Below are positions 10,159 through 20,124 of a DNA stretch of 64,000 bases, piece after piece. Made by a program: the position numbers and the translations under genes. Origin of the DNA: Thermoproteota archaeon. GTDB lineage: Archaea; Thermoproteota; Thermoprotei; Gearchaeales; Gearchaeaceae. How positions within the stretch are numbered: position 1 is the first letter of the stretch; the number at the start of each line of letters is the position of its first letter. The stretch lies in contig JAVVGF010000003.1 of NCBI GenBank assembly GCA_032249235.1, positions 150,691-214,690 of the forward strand, read 5' to 3'. The notes below the pieces were generated by a model. The model searched no databases. It saw only the letters and a program-made list of their open reading frames with translations, and was not told the origin of the DNA.

Positions 10159-11688
10159 TTATAGATATTCCCAGATGCCTTTTCCTTTATAACTATAAAC
10201 TACAGTTTTGTAAGTCATGACATACTCTATAGCATAACCTATTCCTTCTCTACCTATTCCTGAATCCTTTCTACCTCCAAATGGGAAATATCCTATTCCG
10301 TGTCTAGGATAATCATTTATATATATTGTTCCAACTTCAAGATATCTGATCAATTTTCTTATCTTATTGATATCATTACCGAATATAGCAGCATCTAAGC
10401 CATATCTTCTTCCATTCGATAGCTCTATGGCTTGTTCAAGATCTTTGATTTCAACAAGTAGAGCTACTGAAGCAAAGACTTCTTTATTATAAAGATACAT
10501 GTTCTTTACATTCTCAGGCGTAGCTTCGATTAATGTTGGTTTTATATAATTTTTTTCACGTTCACCTCCAAATAATAATTTGCCTCCTTTGCTAACAGCA
10601 TCCTCGATACCTTTCATTAATTCAATAGCAGTATCTTCGCTTATCAATGGCCCCATGCTCGTTGTTGGATCTCTTGGATCACCCACTTTTACTTTTTTCA
10701 GCTCTTCTATAAGATTCAATTTAAGCTGTTCATAAATCGGAGATTCGGCCAAAACAAGTTTTATCGAATCGCATCTTTGCCCTGAGTAGCTCGTTATACC
10801 TATAGCGATTCTTGAAGCTGCATAAACAGGATCAGCATCCTCTAAGACAATAGCAGGATCGCCCCCACCAAGCTCCATTATAAAACTTTTTATTCCGCTC
10901 TTTTTGATAACTTTCTCTCCTGTCTCCGAACTACCTGTAAGCGATATGACTGCTATTCTTCTATCATTTAAATATCTCTCAATTTCACTACCTGAAAGAG
11001 GTAAAACTGAAAATGCTTCTTTTGGAAATCCTGCAAGCTCTAAAATTCTAGCAAGCATCAATGCAGGCAAGGGTGTTGAAAGAGATGGTTTAAGAAGAAT
11101 AGCATTAGCAGAGACTGCTGAGTATGCTAACTTATTGACGGCATCGAATAATGGATAATTGAAGGGTGTAATAGCTAGCACAACACCATAAGGTTCTCTT
11201 CTAACAATTGCTTCGCTTTCAAGACTTTCAGAACTCCAATCTCCAGGCACATACTCACCATACATTCTTCTTACATCCATATCTGTTCTCCTTAACCTTT
11301 CAATTGAAGCATTTATTTCTCCATTAGCTGCAACCCTTGTTTTTCCATTTCCTAATACTAGAACATTTACGAAATCTTCTCTATATTCTTCTAATAAGTC
11401 AGCAACCTTATTAAATATCCTAAGTCTTTTCTCTCCTGGTGTATCTCTAATAACCCATCTACCCTTATTATATGCGATTTCTATTGCTCTATTTACATCT
11501 TCTTCTTTTAATCGCGTAACCTTAGCAATAGTACTAAGGTCTATTGGACTTTTAACTTCAAAGAATTCTTCGCTGATCTTCCAATTCCCAGCAATATATG
11601 TTTTAAAAAGAGGAGTGCCATCTTTCTCTTCGTATATATGCTTAAAAATTTCAGAGCTTATTTCTAATTTCACAGGATCTTTAACCAT
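10159..11688 (-). CDS. gapN: Non-phosphorylating NADP-dependent glyceraldehyde-3-phosphate dehydrogenase
   Basis: ALDH fold: [45 protein letters not shown] and the archaeal GAPN C-terminus KGKGIWEY. Confidence 0.92.
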   Translation of the reverse strand: MVKDPVKLEISSEIFKHIYEEKDGTPLFKTYIAGNWKISEEFFEVKSPIDLSTIAKVTRLKEEDVNRAIEIAYNKGRWVIRDTPGEKRLRIFNKVADLLEEYREDFVNVLVLGNGKTRVAANGEINASIERLRRTDMDVRRMYGEYVPGDWSSESLESEAIVRREPYGVVLAITPFNYPLFDAVNKLAYSAVSANAILLKPSLSTPLPALMLARILELAGFPKEAFSVLPLSGSEIERYLNDRRIAVISLTGSSETGEKVIKKSGIKSFIMELGGGDPAIVLEDADPVYAASRIAIGITSYSGQRCDSIKLVLAESPIYEQLKLNLIEELKKVKVGDPRDPTTSMGPLISEDTAIELMKGIEDAVSKGGKLLFGGEREKNYIKPTLIEATPENVKNMYLYNKEVFASVALLVEIKDLEQAIELSNGRRYGLDAAIFGNDINKIRKLIRYLEVGTIYINDYPRHGIGYFPFGGRKDSGIGREGIGYAIEYVMTYKTVVYSYKGKGIWEYL

Positions 11689-11727
11689 AGCTTTTTAATC
11701 TGAAAAATTGTATATGAATTTACGGTT

Positions 11728-12252
11728 TTATTCTTTCATAAAGAAAGAAATCATCTCATATCCTGAACTATACTTTCCTTTCCTCCCATATATTACAAGA
11801 ATTCTATCATTAACAATTTCATATTCTTCTTTCATCTCTACTTCTTTTATCTTACAATTTGAAGGGAAGTTCCAATAAGCGACGTAATCATATTCGATAA
11901 TTTCAGGCTCGTATTCATTTTCATAAACATTGAGGCCTTCTTTTAGCATTACTTCAAAACCTATTAGAAATACTAAATATGGTCTATCATGTGAACCTCT
12001 AAAGCCTAAGTCAACCATCAAAACATTAGCTTCACATTTATGGCCATTAACTCTTATTCTTTCTTGATTTAAGAAATTTTGCATATTATAATAAACTCTA
12101 TTCATTTCTTCTTCAAACTTTGCTTCATCTTTGATTAAATTATGATAATAGAGTTTAGGATCGATGTAATCAAAAATTAAATAATATACTATAAATCCCT
12201 TTGAGACGTTGAAAAAAGCTTGGGCATAAATTGGTTTTACTTCTTCACTCAT
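11728..12252 (-). CDS. Hypothetical protein
   Basis: Intact acidic 174-aa ORF in a same-strand gene run. Confidence 0.6.
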   Translation of the reverse strand: MSEEVKPIYAQAFFNVSKGFIVYYLIFDYIDPKLYYHNLIKDEAKFEEEMNRVYYNMQNFLNQERIRVNGHKCEANVLMVDLGFRGSHDRPYLVFLIGFEVMLKEGLNVYENEYEPEIIEYDYVAYWNFPSNCKIKEVEMKEEYEIVNDRILVIYGRKGKYSSGYEMISFFMKE

Positions 12253-12273
12253 AATTAATAATTCACGAATCCC

Positions 12274-13131
12274 CTAAAAAGCGAAAATAATCGGTATTAT
12301 AATGGGAATCAATAATGTAAGTATGAAACCACTAGCTATGGAGGGAATTGAATATTCTTTGCCCAATCTTGATATGAAAACAGGCAAAGTATCATCCATA
12401 GATGTCGCGCCTCCTATACTTATCAGAGAACTAGGATTTCCCTTTATGAATGGAACGATTATAAACGTGAATTGTTCTCTTAAGAAATTAGATAAAAATG
12501 CGAGATTTCCTATAAAAGAGCCTTCATAACTAGCTAATAATGGACCTATATAAGTATACCATCCCATGCCTAGACAAATCGATAAAGAAGCTTTAATATC
12601 AATACCAAATAGAAAAGAGTTCAAGGTACCTGCGCAAATAGCGCCTATTATTGCTGCAATGCATGTAAGAAATGTTACTTTAGCACTTTTCTTTAAGAGC
12701 TCAATTGAAAATAATTTTCCTACAGAGATTCCAGCAGCGACAGCTAGTATAAGAAGTTCATAACTTATTAAAGTGCGATAAGGAATTTCTTTTGGAAGGA
12801 ATTGACCTAATATCCATCCAGCTATAATAGCAAATATAAAGCTTATCTTTGTTTCAGATTTGCTTACTTTTAGCTCTGCCATTCTCCTATCAAGAAGCAA
12901 ACCTATTGTAAACGTTATTAAAATCGTGATTAAAGCATAGGCTATAGATAAAGATATTAATTTCAAAACTTCAAAACTAGAACTAATCGATGATGAAGCC
13001 CATGAAGATATTGTAATTATTAAAATTATTACAATCGGAACTAAAGCATTATCATAACTTTTATTCAGTAATTTACCCATAACTAAGGATATTAGAAACA
13101 AAGTGAGAAAAGCAATTGCTAACAGATCCAT
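12274..13131 (-). CDS. LysO (DUF340) family lysine exporter
   Basis: GMGWYTYIGP, FLSNFLRE, GGATSMDDTLP. Confidence 0.85.
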   Translation of the reverse strand: MDLLAIAFLTLFLISLVMGKLLNKSYDNALVPIVIILIITISSWASSSISSSFEVLKLISLSIAYALITILITFTIGLLLDRRMAELKVSKSETKISFIFAIIAGWILGQFLPKEIPYRTLISYELLILAVAAGISVGKLFSIELLKKSAKVTFLTCIAAIIGAICAGTLNSFLFGIDIKASLSICLGMGWYTYIGPLLASYEGSFIGNLAFLSNFLREQFTFIIVPFIKGNPSSLISIGGATSMDDTLPVFISRLGKEYSIPSIASGFILTLLIPIIIPIIFAF

Positions 13132-13187
13132 TATTCTAAATATCTAAGCTCTTAATTTAAATACAAGATGCTTCACTGTAAATTTGA

Positions 13188-14243
13188 ATGGTTAAAGATA
13201 AAGACATATGGAATGTGCTTGAAAAGATAAGGGATCCTGAATTAGGAGTAAGCATAGTTAAAATGGGCATGATAAAGAAAGTAGAATTGAAAGGTGATAA
13301 AGTCTTCATTGAATGCGAGCTAACAACTCCTGCATGTCCTTTGAAAAAGGAAATTGAAGATAACATAAGAAGTGAATTATCAAAGATAGAAGGAATAAGA
13401 GATGTTGAGATCAAAACGTCAGCTAAAGTTCTTCCATCGAGAAGAATATTACCTGAAGATATTCTTCCTGGTGTCAAAAATATTATCGCAATAGGAAGCG
13501 GTAAAGGTGGGGTAGGAAAGTCTACAGTATCAGCGAATCTGGCTATTGCACTTGCAAAAAGTGGAGCGAAAGTAGGATTGCTAGATGGAGATATTTATGG
13601 GCCAAGCATACCTAGAATGCTTGGTGTTAAAGAACCTGTAAGAACAGATGGTAAAAAGTTGATTCCACCAGAAGTTTTTGATATAAAAGTTATATCGATT
13701 GGATTTTTCATAACTGAGGATACTCCTTTAATTTGGCGTGGTCCAATAATATCAGGTGCATTAAGGCAACTATTCACAGATGTAGATTGGGGTGAATTAG
13801 ATTATTTAATCGTAGATCTTCCTCCTGGAACAGGCGATATACCACTTACTCTTGCACAAACTTTACCAAATGCACATGGAGTTATCGTTACAACGCCTCA
13901 ACCTGCAGCATATAGCATAGCTATGAAAGCATTGATGATGTTTAAAAAACTAAATCTTAACGTTATAGGAGTAATAGAAAACATGAGTTATTTCATATGT
14001 CCTCATTGCAAAGGAAGAGTTGAAATATTTGGTTCTGGAGGTGGGAAAGAACTCGCTGAAAAGCTTAACGTAAGCTTCTTAGGTAGCATACCTCTTGATC
14101 CTGAAGTTAGATTGTCATGCGATGAAGGAATTCCAATAGTTATATCAAATCCTAATAGCGAAGCCTCAAAAGCTTATTTTGAGGTAGCAAGAAGACTCGC
14201 AGGAAAGCTTAGCATGATATCTTTCAAATTATTGAGATCATAA
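13188..14243 (+). CDS. Mrp/ApbC/NBP35 Fe-S cluster carrier ATPase
   Basis: N-terminal DPEL...LTTPACP domain, GKGGVGKST, DIYGPSIP, DLPPGTGD, ENMSYFICPHC. Confidence 0.95.
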   Translation: MVKDKDIWNVLEKIRDPELGVSIVKMGMIKKVELKGDKVFIECELTTPACPLKKEIEDNIRSELSKIEGIRDVEIKTSAKVLPSRRILPEDILPGVKNIIAIGSGKGGVGKSTVSANLAIALAKSGAKVGLLDGDIYGPSIPRMLGVKEPVRTDGKKLIPPEVFDIKVISIGFFITEDTPLIWRGPIISGALRQLFTDVDWGELDYLIVDLPPGTGDIPLTLAQTLPNAHGVIVTTPQPAAYSIAMKALMMFKKLNLNVIGVIENMSYFICPHCKGRVEIFGSGGGKELAEKLNVSFLGSIPLDPEVRLSCDEGIPIVISNPNSEASKAYFEVARRLAGKLSMISFKLLRS

Positions 14244-14825
14244 TTTTTTACACTTCATAAAATACCAAACTCCAGCTTTTCTTGAGCTTATAATTTCAAA
14301 ACCTGCTTTGCTTAGAAGCTCATCATATTCTTTTTCGTTAAGAGGATTAACAGACCACCAATTTGAAAGGATATTGCTTAGTATGCCTCCTTTGCATAAG
14401 CTGGTCAAAAATAATTTTCCATCTTTTTTCAATATTCTTCGAATTTCTCTTAATGCTTCTTCTTTATTTTTCAATAAATGTAATACGAAAAGCATCGCAA
14501 CTCCTTCAAAGCTCTCATTTTTGAAAGGCAACTTAGATACATCGCCTCTTATTGCATCTACGCTTTTTCTTTTCTTTTTCAATACCTTCAAAAATTTCGA
14601 TGAAATATCTAGCGCTATGTAATTCGAGACATTCAAGAAGTCCCTTAATTTTCCTGTACCAGCACCTAAATCAATCACTGAATTTGAATTAAGAAATTTT
14701 GCAACCTCCTTCATGATGGAGCTATATCTCATCCTTGCTGATATGAGCATACCTATGGGAGCCCATATATTTTCGTAGAAAGGTGCTAGCGTTTCGAGCA
14801 AATCATGCGTTTCTTTACTCTCCAT
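14238..14825 (-). CDS. Class I SAM-dependent methyltransferase
   Basis: IDLGAGTG, GDVSKLPF, ALREIRRILKKDG. Confidence 0.88.
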   Translation of the reverse strand: MESKETHDLLETLAPFYENIWAPIGMLISARMRYSSIMKEVAKFLNSNSVIDLGAGTGKLRDFLNVSNYIALDISSKFLKVLKKKRKSVDAIRGDVSKLPFKNESFEGVAMLFVLHLLKNKEEALREIRRILKKDGKLFLTSLCKGGILSNILSNWWSVNPLNEKEYDELLSKAGFEIISSRKAGVWYFMKCKKL

Positions 14826-16032
14826 GAGATAAAATTATATCCCAAATATTCAATGCAAGATCATCTTTTTTCATTTTAGGAATATTCCAAACTTTTCTAT
14901 TTCTTAAATTTATAATTATAACTTCATTATAATCGCTTGAAAATCCAATGTCTTTTCTAGAAATATCGTTAATAACTAAAAAATCACAAAATTCATATCC
15001 TTTAATCAACAAATCCAAGTCTTTGTTCAAGCCATATTCTGCCTTAAACGCTATTAATTTAGTTTTTGGAGAAATCTCTTTTACAAATTTTATTATCTTT
15101 TTGGTCGGTATCAACTCTACAATTAGCTTATCAATAGCTTTACTTTCGATTTTTCCTTCAAATTGATTTAAAGGCTTGAAATCGACTACTGCAGCTGTAG
15201 AGACGAAATATTCTATATCATTATTCCTAAGTAGATCTTCGATTTTGCTTAGCATAACTTCTGAGGTTTCCGCATATATGTTATGTAAGAAATTTGGGGC
15301 TTCGATCTTCATATCTCCGTGAATAAGATAAACATCTGCTCCTTTGAACCATGCAACTTTAGCCATTGCAATTCCCATCTTTCCTGAACTTGCATTGGTT
15401 AAGAACCTTACCGAGTCGAGATATTCTCTTGTAGCACCTGCAGTGACAATTACTTTCTTTTTACTTAAAGGTTTCTTGCTTAAGACATGCACTACAGAGT
15501 AAAATATTTCTTCTTCACTTGCTAACTTAGCCTTTCCTTCTTCAATTCTAGGTTCAACAAAGTTAATGCCTTGTTTTTTAAGCTTTTCAATATTCTCTAT
15601 TAATATGCGATTTTCATACATTGGTTCATGCATCGCAGGTGCTATTAAAATCGGTATTCCTTTGCCTAAGGCAACAGAAACAACCAAGGTAACTGGCGTA
15701 TCAGAAATCCCATTAGCAATCTTGCTTATTGTATTTGCTGTAGCAGGCGCAACTAAAATGAGATCTATTTCATATTCTTTAAACAAACTTGTATGCTCAA
15801 CTTTTCCAGTTATTTCATAAACAGGTTTATTTCCTGTAGCATATTCGAAAAGATAAGGGCTTATTAACTTCGCAGCATCATAACTCAAAACAGGAATTAC
15901 GTTTGCTCCATGCTTTATTAAATATCTAGCAATATCTATAGCTTTATATAGTGAAACGCTTGAAGTTACACAATGTATTATATTTTTATTCTTCAACATA
16001 TTGCTTAACTTTCCTCTTATTTCTTCAACCAC
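14815..16032 (-). CDS. coaBC: Bifunctional phosphopantothenoylcysteine decarboxylase/ligase
   Basis: APATANTISKIANG, APAMH, VTAGATREYLDSVRFLTNASSGKMG, AFKAE. Confidence 0.95.
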   Translation of the reverse strand: MVEEIRGKLSNMLKNKNIIHCVTSSVSLYKAIDIARYLIKHGANVIPVLSYDAAKLISPYLFEYATGNKPVYEITGKVEHTSLFKEYEIDLILVAPATANTISKIANGISDTPVTLVVSVALGKGIPILIAPAMHEPMYENRILIENIEKLKKQGINFVEPRIEEGKAKLASEEEIFYSVVHVLSKKPLSKKKVIVTAGATREYLDSVRFLTNASSGKMGIAMAKVAWFKGADVYLIHGDMKIEAPNFLHNIYAETSEVMLSKIEDLLRNNDIEYFVSTAAVVDFKPLNQFEGKIESKAIDKLIVELIPTKKIIKFVKEISPKTKLIAFKAEYGLNKDLDLLIKGYEFCDFLVINDISRKDIGFSSDYNEVIIINLRNRKVWNIPKMKKDDLALNIWDIILSHGE

Positions 16033-16096
16033 GTTAGAATAATAGCGAACTTAACTTAATAAGAAATATTATAAGTATGTTTAATTTTAACAAATT

Positions 16097-16480
16097 ATGG
16101 AAATAAATCGAGCAAGAATCCTTTTAATAATAGGTGGCCTTTTCATAATTGCTTCATTAGCATATCCCTTCTACGGTGAACCAAGATTGTTATATCTCGA
16201 TGATATAATAGGAAATTATGTATTCGTAATACTTCTAATAGGCTTCCTTTGTATGATCTCGCCCATGATACTTGAAATTTCCTTTATCAAAAAAAGCGGA
16301 AAAATAGGCAATTTTCTTCTTTATTTCACTTTTTCAGTAATCTTAGCCACCTTTGCTGTTAGAGTTTTTTCACCAGTTCCTATATATTCGATATTTTCCA
16401 TTCTTAAAAGCGGTTTCTTCGTTTACATCATAGGAGTTTTACTTGTTTTCCTTTCTTCTTCGTTGTTATTGAGAGATTGA
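16097..16480 (+). CDS. Small membrane protein
   Basis: Four hydrophobic segments. Confidence 0.6.
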   Translation: MEINRARILLIIGGLFIIASLAYPFYGEPRLLYLDDIIGNYVFVILLIGFLCMISPMILEISFIKKSGKIGNFLLYFTFSVILATFAVRVFSPVPIYSIFSILKSGFFVYIIGVLLVFLSSSLLLRD

Positions 16481-17913
16481 TTAACAAAATTATTATTTTT
16501 CCTAAATATTTCCTTCGTAAATAAAAGGGAAAGAAGTAATAAAAAGAATAAAGAAGAAGTGATGTAAAAGATTAGCTCATAAGCAAAACGTGAAGGTATG
16601 TTAATCGCAATAGGACCATATTTAATGGAATCTTGGAATTGACTCATTATAGTCCCTGCAATAGCTGGCCCCCATGCAGAACCAAGATTTCTGAAAACTG
16701 TATTTAAACCTGTAGCTATTCCTAAATTCTTTCTATCTACTGAAAATATAACTATGTTTATCAATGAGACGTTGAGTAAGGTTGAACCTATAGCTGTGAA
16801 CACAAGAGTTGAAATTAAACTTGGGATGCTGATAAAAGCAGAATATGAAAGTAGTAGAAGACCGATTGCAGATATACTAGAACCAATAAGCGACATTAAT
16901 TTCGCGCCTAGTTTGAAGAGATTTCTACCAGCTACAGGTGCAACTATTAATTGCACTATAGCATTTGGCGTCATGAATAATCCTGTATCTAATATGCCCA
17001 GAGCATATCCATAAGGTTGGGGCATTTGAAATATATATGTTATTGCTTGGGACATCAATTGGAAAACAAATCCAGCTAAAAATATCCCAAAATTAGCTAT
17101 TAGAATGTTTTTGTTCGATAACAAATAAGTAGGGATAATTGGATTACTTGTTCTCCTTTCATGCAATGCGAAAATGATTAAAAATGATAAAGAGATAAGG
17201 AAAAGAACTATGACTTCGAAATTGCTCCAGCCTAAATTTGGAGCTTCTGAAACTCCAATAATTCCTGCCATGAGTATGATCGAAAGGAAAATTGCGCCTA
17301 GCCAATCTATTTTTTGAGGATTCCTGTATCTACTTTCCCTAATAAATATAAAGGCAACAATATCTAGTGCTATGATGAAAGGAATAACTGTGTGATAAGT
17401 AGCTTGCCAACCATAATATTGACTTATGTAAGCTCCTAATGGCAATGATATGAGAACACCAACACCAAACATAGCACTAATTATACCCTGTACTTGAGGA
17501 ATCATTCTCGGAGGAAATTCTTCTCTTACTATAGAGAAAGCCAATGGCATCATTGCTCCTCCAATTCCTTGTATCGCTCTTGAAATTAGGAGAATTGTAA
17601 AATTATTTGCAAAGCCTGTAGATATTGCACCTAAAGTATATATCAACATTGCAATCATGAGTATTTTCTTTTTTCCATATACGTCACCAAGTTTTCCAAA
17701 AATTGCAGCAGAAACAGTTGAAAAAGCTAGAAACAATGATAATATCCAAGCCACTTCTGCTTCGGTAACTCCAAATTCTTTTTGAATAGTTGGAAGAGAA
17801 GGTATTAACATTGCTTCAGTATACATTACTAAAAGAGGAATTGATGCAAGAATTATAGCTGTCCTATAAGCGTATTTGAGATCGTAAATTTCGTTATCTT
17901 GAGTGAAATTCAT
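16423..17913 (-). CDS. MFS transporter (DHA2/EmrB-like, 14 TM)
   Basis: GKLGDVYGKKK, SRAIQGIG, archaeal MYTEAMLIPSLPTIQ motif. Confidence 0.92.
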   Translation of the reverse strand: MNFTQDNEIYDLKYAYRTAIILASIPLLVMYTEAMLIPSLPTIQKEFGVTEAEVAWILSLFLAFSTVSAAIFGKLGDVYGKKKILMIAMLIYTLGAISTGFANNFTILLISRAIQGIGGAMMPLAFSIVREEFPPRMIPQVQGIISAMFGVGVLISLPLGAYISQYYGWQATYHTVIPFIIALDIVAFIFIRESRYRNPQKIDWLGAIFLSIILMAGIIGVSEAPNLGWSNFEVIVLFLISLSFLIIFALHERRTSNPIIPTYLLSNKNILIANFGIFLAGFVFQLMSQAITYIFQMPQPYGYALGILDTGLFMTPNAIVQLIVAPVAGRNLFKLGAKLMSLIGSSISAIGLLLLSYSAFISIPSLISTLVFTAIGSTLLNVSLINIVIFSVDRKNLGIATGLNTVFRNLGSAWGPAIAGTIMSQFQDSIKYGPIAINIPSRFAYELIFYITSSLFFLLLLSLLFTKEIFRKNNNFVNQSLNNNEEERKTSKTPMM

Positions 17914-18006
17914 TGAAGATAATTACTTCCAAACCTTCTTAAAAATCGTTTTTTTTCGATTTAAGAAAATAATTAAAATTTTTGATATGTGTTAATTGAA
18001 ATTAAA

Positions 18007-18711
18007 CTATTCTACTTTATAGTATATTCTTCTATTGGTTTTTCCCTTATTTTCCATTTTAAGCAAAACTATTTTCCCGATTTCTTTAAGCCTTGATACA
18101 TGGCATCCTCCATCCGCTTGTATATCGATACCTTCTATTTCAACTATTCTTAATGTATCGATATTTGGAGGTTGTGCTTCGGCTAATTTGACTAAGCCGG
18201 GAATCTTAAGAGCTTCTTCTCTTTTTAGGAAGTATATCTTAATTTGTGCATCTTTTTCGATTAGGCGATTAGCTTCTTCTATCACTGATTCTATTAAGGC
18301 TCTATCAAAACTTTCCAAACTGAAATCAATCCTAGATTTATCGAAATCTATTTGATTTCCAGTAATTTTCGCTCCTAACTTGTTATAGAAAATAGCACTC
18401 AACAAATGTGCTGCAGTATGCATGCGCATAAGCATTCTTCTCCTTTCCCAGTCTATGATACCATGAACCAAATCGTTAAATTGCAGACCTTTTTCATTCA
18501 AAACATGAATTATTCTATTACCTTCTTTTAAAACTTCAAGTACTTGATATTTCTTCTCATCTTTTATAAGATAGCCAGTATCATGAGCAACGCCACCGCT
18601 ACGTGGATAGAAAGCGGTTTTATCTAATTCAACCTTATTTTCTTCAACGAAAATTACTTTAGCATCGAATTCTCTTATGCTGCAATCTTTTAAGTAAAGC
18701 GCCTCGCTCAT
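18007..18711 (-). CDS. alaXM: Free-standing alanyl-tRNA editing protein (AlaX-M)
   Basis: TAFYPRSGG, MRMHTAAHLL, DGGCHV. Confidence 0.92.
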   Translation of the reverse strand: MSEALYLKDCSIREFDAKVIFVEENKVELDKTAFYPRSGGVAHDTGYLIKDEKKYQVLEVLKEGNRIIHVLNEKGLQFNDLVHGIIDWERRRMLMRMHTAAHLLSAIFYNKLGAKITGNQIDFDKSRIDFSLESFDRALIESVIEEANRLIEKDAQIKIYFLKREEALKIPGLVKLAEAQPPNIDTLRIVEIEGIDIQADGGCHVSRLKEIGKIVLLKMENKGKTNRRIYYKVE

Positions 18712-18733
18712 AAATAGTTATCATTTTGCGAGT

Positions 18734-19131
18734 TTAAATTTTCAAAACATAAAGTCCTATATTTTCATCAAATACCCTTTGACCAATGTTTGTCGTTTCT
18801 TCAATTACTAATTCGATAAAAGGATTAACTCTTCCTTTGATTAAATGTCCACCTAATGTAGTCATATCTTTTCTAGAAAGAACAACATGAACATGAACAA
18901 ATGGCTCACCATCTTTCAAAGATACATTTCCTTGCAAGCCAATTACTTCAAATTGTTCATTGTACTCTTTCTCTTCATACTTTTTTGTTTCATGATTGAA
19001 ATAAGCAATTATGCATGATCAAAACCTCCTATTCCTTGTAAAAAAGCTGTTTTAACATTGTTCGTTTTACAAATTTCTACAATCTTATCATGTAAGATAT
19101 CGCCCTTATTCAATTTGAATAACCTAGCCAT
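18734..19131 (-). pseudogene. PPC/DUF296 domain protein interrupted by a 1-nt deletion (pseudogene or sequencing error)
   Basis: ATG at 19131 gives MARLFKLNKGD...GIGGFDHA*. Adding one A near 19012 continues into IIAYFNHETKKYE...GNVS..DGEPFVHVHVVL...GGHL. Confidence 0.8.
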
Positions 19132-19161
19132 ATAAGCAAGAAATATTTAAAATATTTTAAA

Positions 19162-19464
19162 CTATTCTTGTGATTTAAATAACCATTTTTCGCTCCAATC
19201 CCTAATGTCTTTCACTACAATTGTTAGCTCTCTTCCTTTTTCTGTTAAAGAATATATTTTTCTCTTCTTTTTCTCTTCTACTTTAACTAATTCTTCTTTG
19301 CACAATTCTCTTAGTGCTTTAGATAATGTCCTTGAACTTATGCCCTTCATGGACCACAGCAATTCATTAAAACTCTTTGAACCACTTAGCAATCTATCTA
19401 TTATAACCAATCTCCATGGCTTTCCCAATATTTTCCAAGCCTTTGTTATTGGACACTCAGACAC
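19162..19464 (-). CDS. HxlR/YodB-family winged-helix regulator
   Basis: ECPITKAWKILGKPW, FNEL, ISSRTLSKALREL, YSLTEKG; N-terminal Cys. Confidence 0.9.
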   Translation of the reverse strand: MSECPITKAWKILGKPWRLVIIDRLLSGSKSFNELLWSMKGISSRTLSKALRELCKEELVKVEEKKKRKIYSLTEKGRELTIVVKDIRDWSEKWLFKSQE

Positions 19465-19497
19465 AATCTATTTAGGAAATAAACAGATAAATTTAAA

Positions 19498-19529
19498 TAC
19501 TTTACTTAGTAAATTTATGAAGTAAAGTA
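19498..19529. promoter_or_regulatory. Inverted-repeat candidate operator between the divergent HxlR and DoxX genes
   Basis: TACTTTACTT-N12-AAGTAAAGTA perfect 10-bp arms just downstream of an ATTTAAAT TATA-like box. Confidence 0.55.
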
Positions 19530-19996
19530 TGGACTTGAATATTTTGTTGGATCCTGTAAGAAATCCATTGTTGCTTGGCATTGCAGCAATAATCATAAGA
19601 GTATTCGTAGGTGCTTTGATGATAATACACGGTTATCCAAAGTTATTCGGTCCTTCTAGAAAAATGATGAGAGATAACATGAAGCAATTAGGAATTCCAG
19701 GATTCCTCTTCGATATTGCGGGGCTTCTCGAATTCATAGGAGGAATTGCTTTAATTTTTGGTTTCTTAACAAGGATTGCTGCTTTGCTTTTTGCTATAGA
19801 AATGATAGGAACAACAATCATATACATAACAAAGCTATACAATGTGCCTATACCTAGAGGCTACATAGAACCAATGTTCAAGGCTACGAAAGGATACATT
19901 GGAGGTTGGGAATTGGATACAGTAATTCTAGCAGCATCCATTGCAATATTGATAATAGGTCCAGGAATTTTCTCAATCGATTACATAATTTTCTAA
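19529..19996 (+). CDS. DoxX-family membrane protein
   Basis: RVFVGALMIIHGYPKL, EFIGG..LIFGFLTR, GWE, GPGIFSID. Confidence 0.9.
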   Translation: MDLNILLDPVRNPLLLGIAAIIIRVFVGALMIIHGYPKLFGPSRKMMRDNMKQLGIPGFLFDIAGLLEFIGGIALIFGFLTRIAALLFAIEMIGTTIIYITKLYNVPIPRGYIEPMFKATKGYIGGWELDTVILAASIAILIIGPGIFSIDYIIF

Positions 19997-20015
19997 ATTT
20001 TTTAATTTCTTTTTT

Positions 20016-20073
20016 CCGGTCTCCCACTCATCGATCCCAACTGGGTACTCATGGGAGAGATCCTGCCTTCACT
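20016..20073. ncRNA. Candidate small structured RNA (GC-rich hairpin)
   Basis: GC-rich 58-nt island in AT-rich intergenic DNA with nested stems TCTCCCA/TGGGAGA and CCCA/TGGG. Confidence 0.35.
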
Positions 20074-20124
20074 ATTATTTATTTTAAAACTTCTACTTTT
20101 TATTGTTTTTGATTAATTAATCAT

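Noticed and set aside
20016-20073. tRNA or SECIS element
   Set aside because: Too short, no cloverleaf or T-loop, no GAA/A internal loop, and no selenoprotein-like ORF nearby
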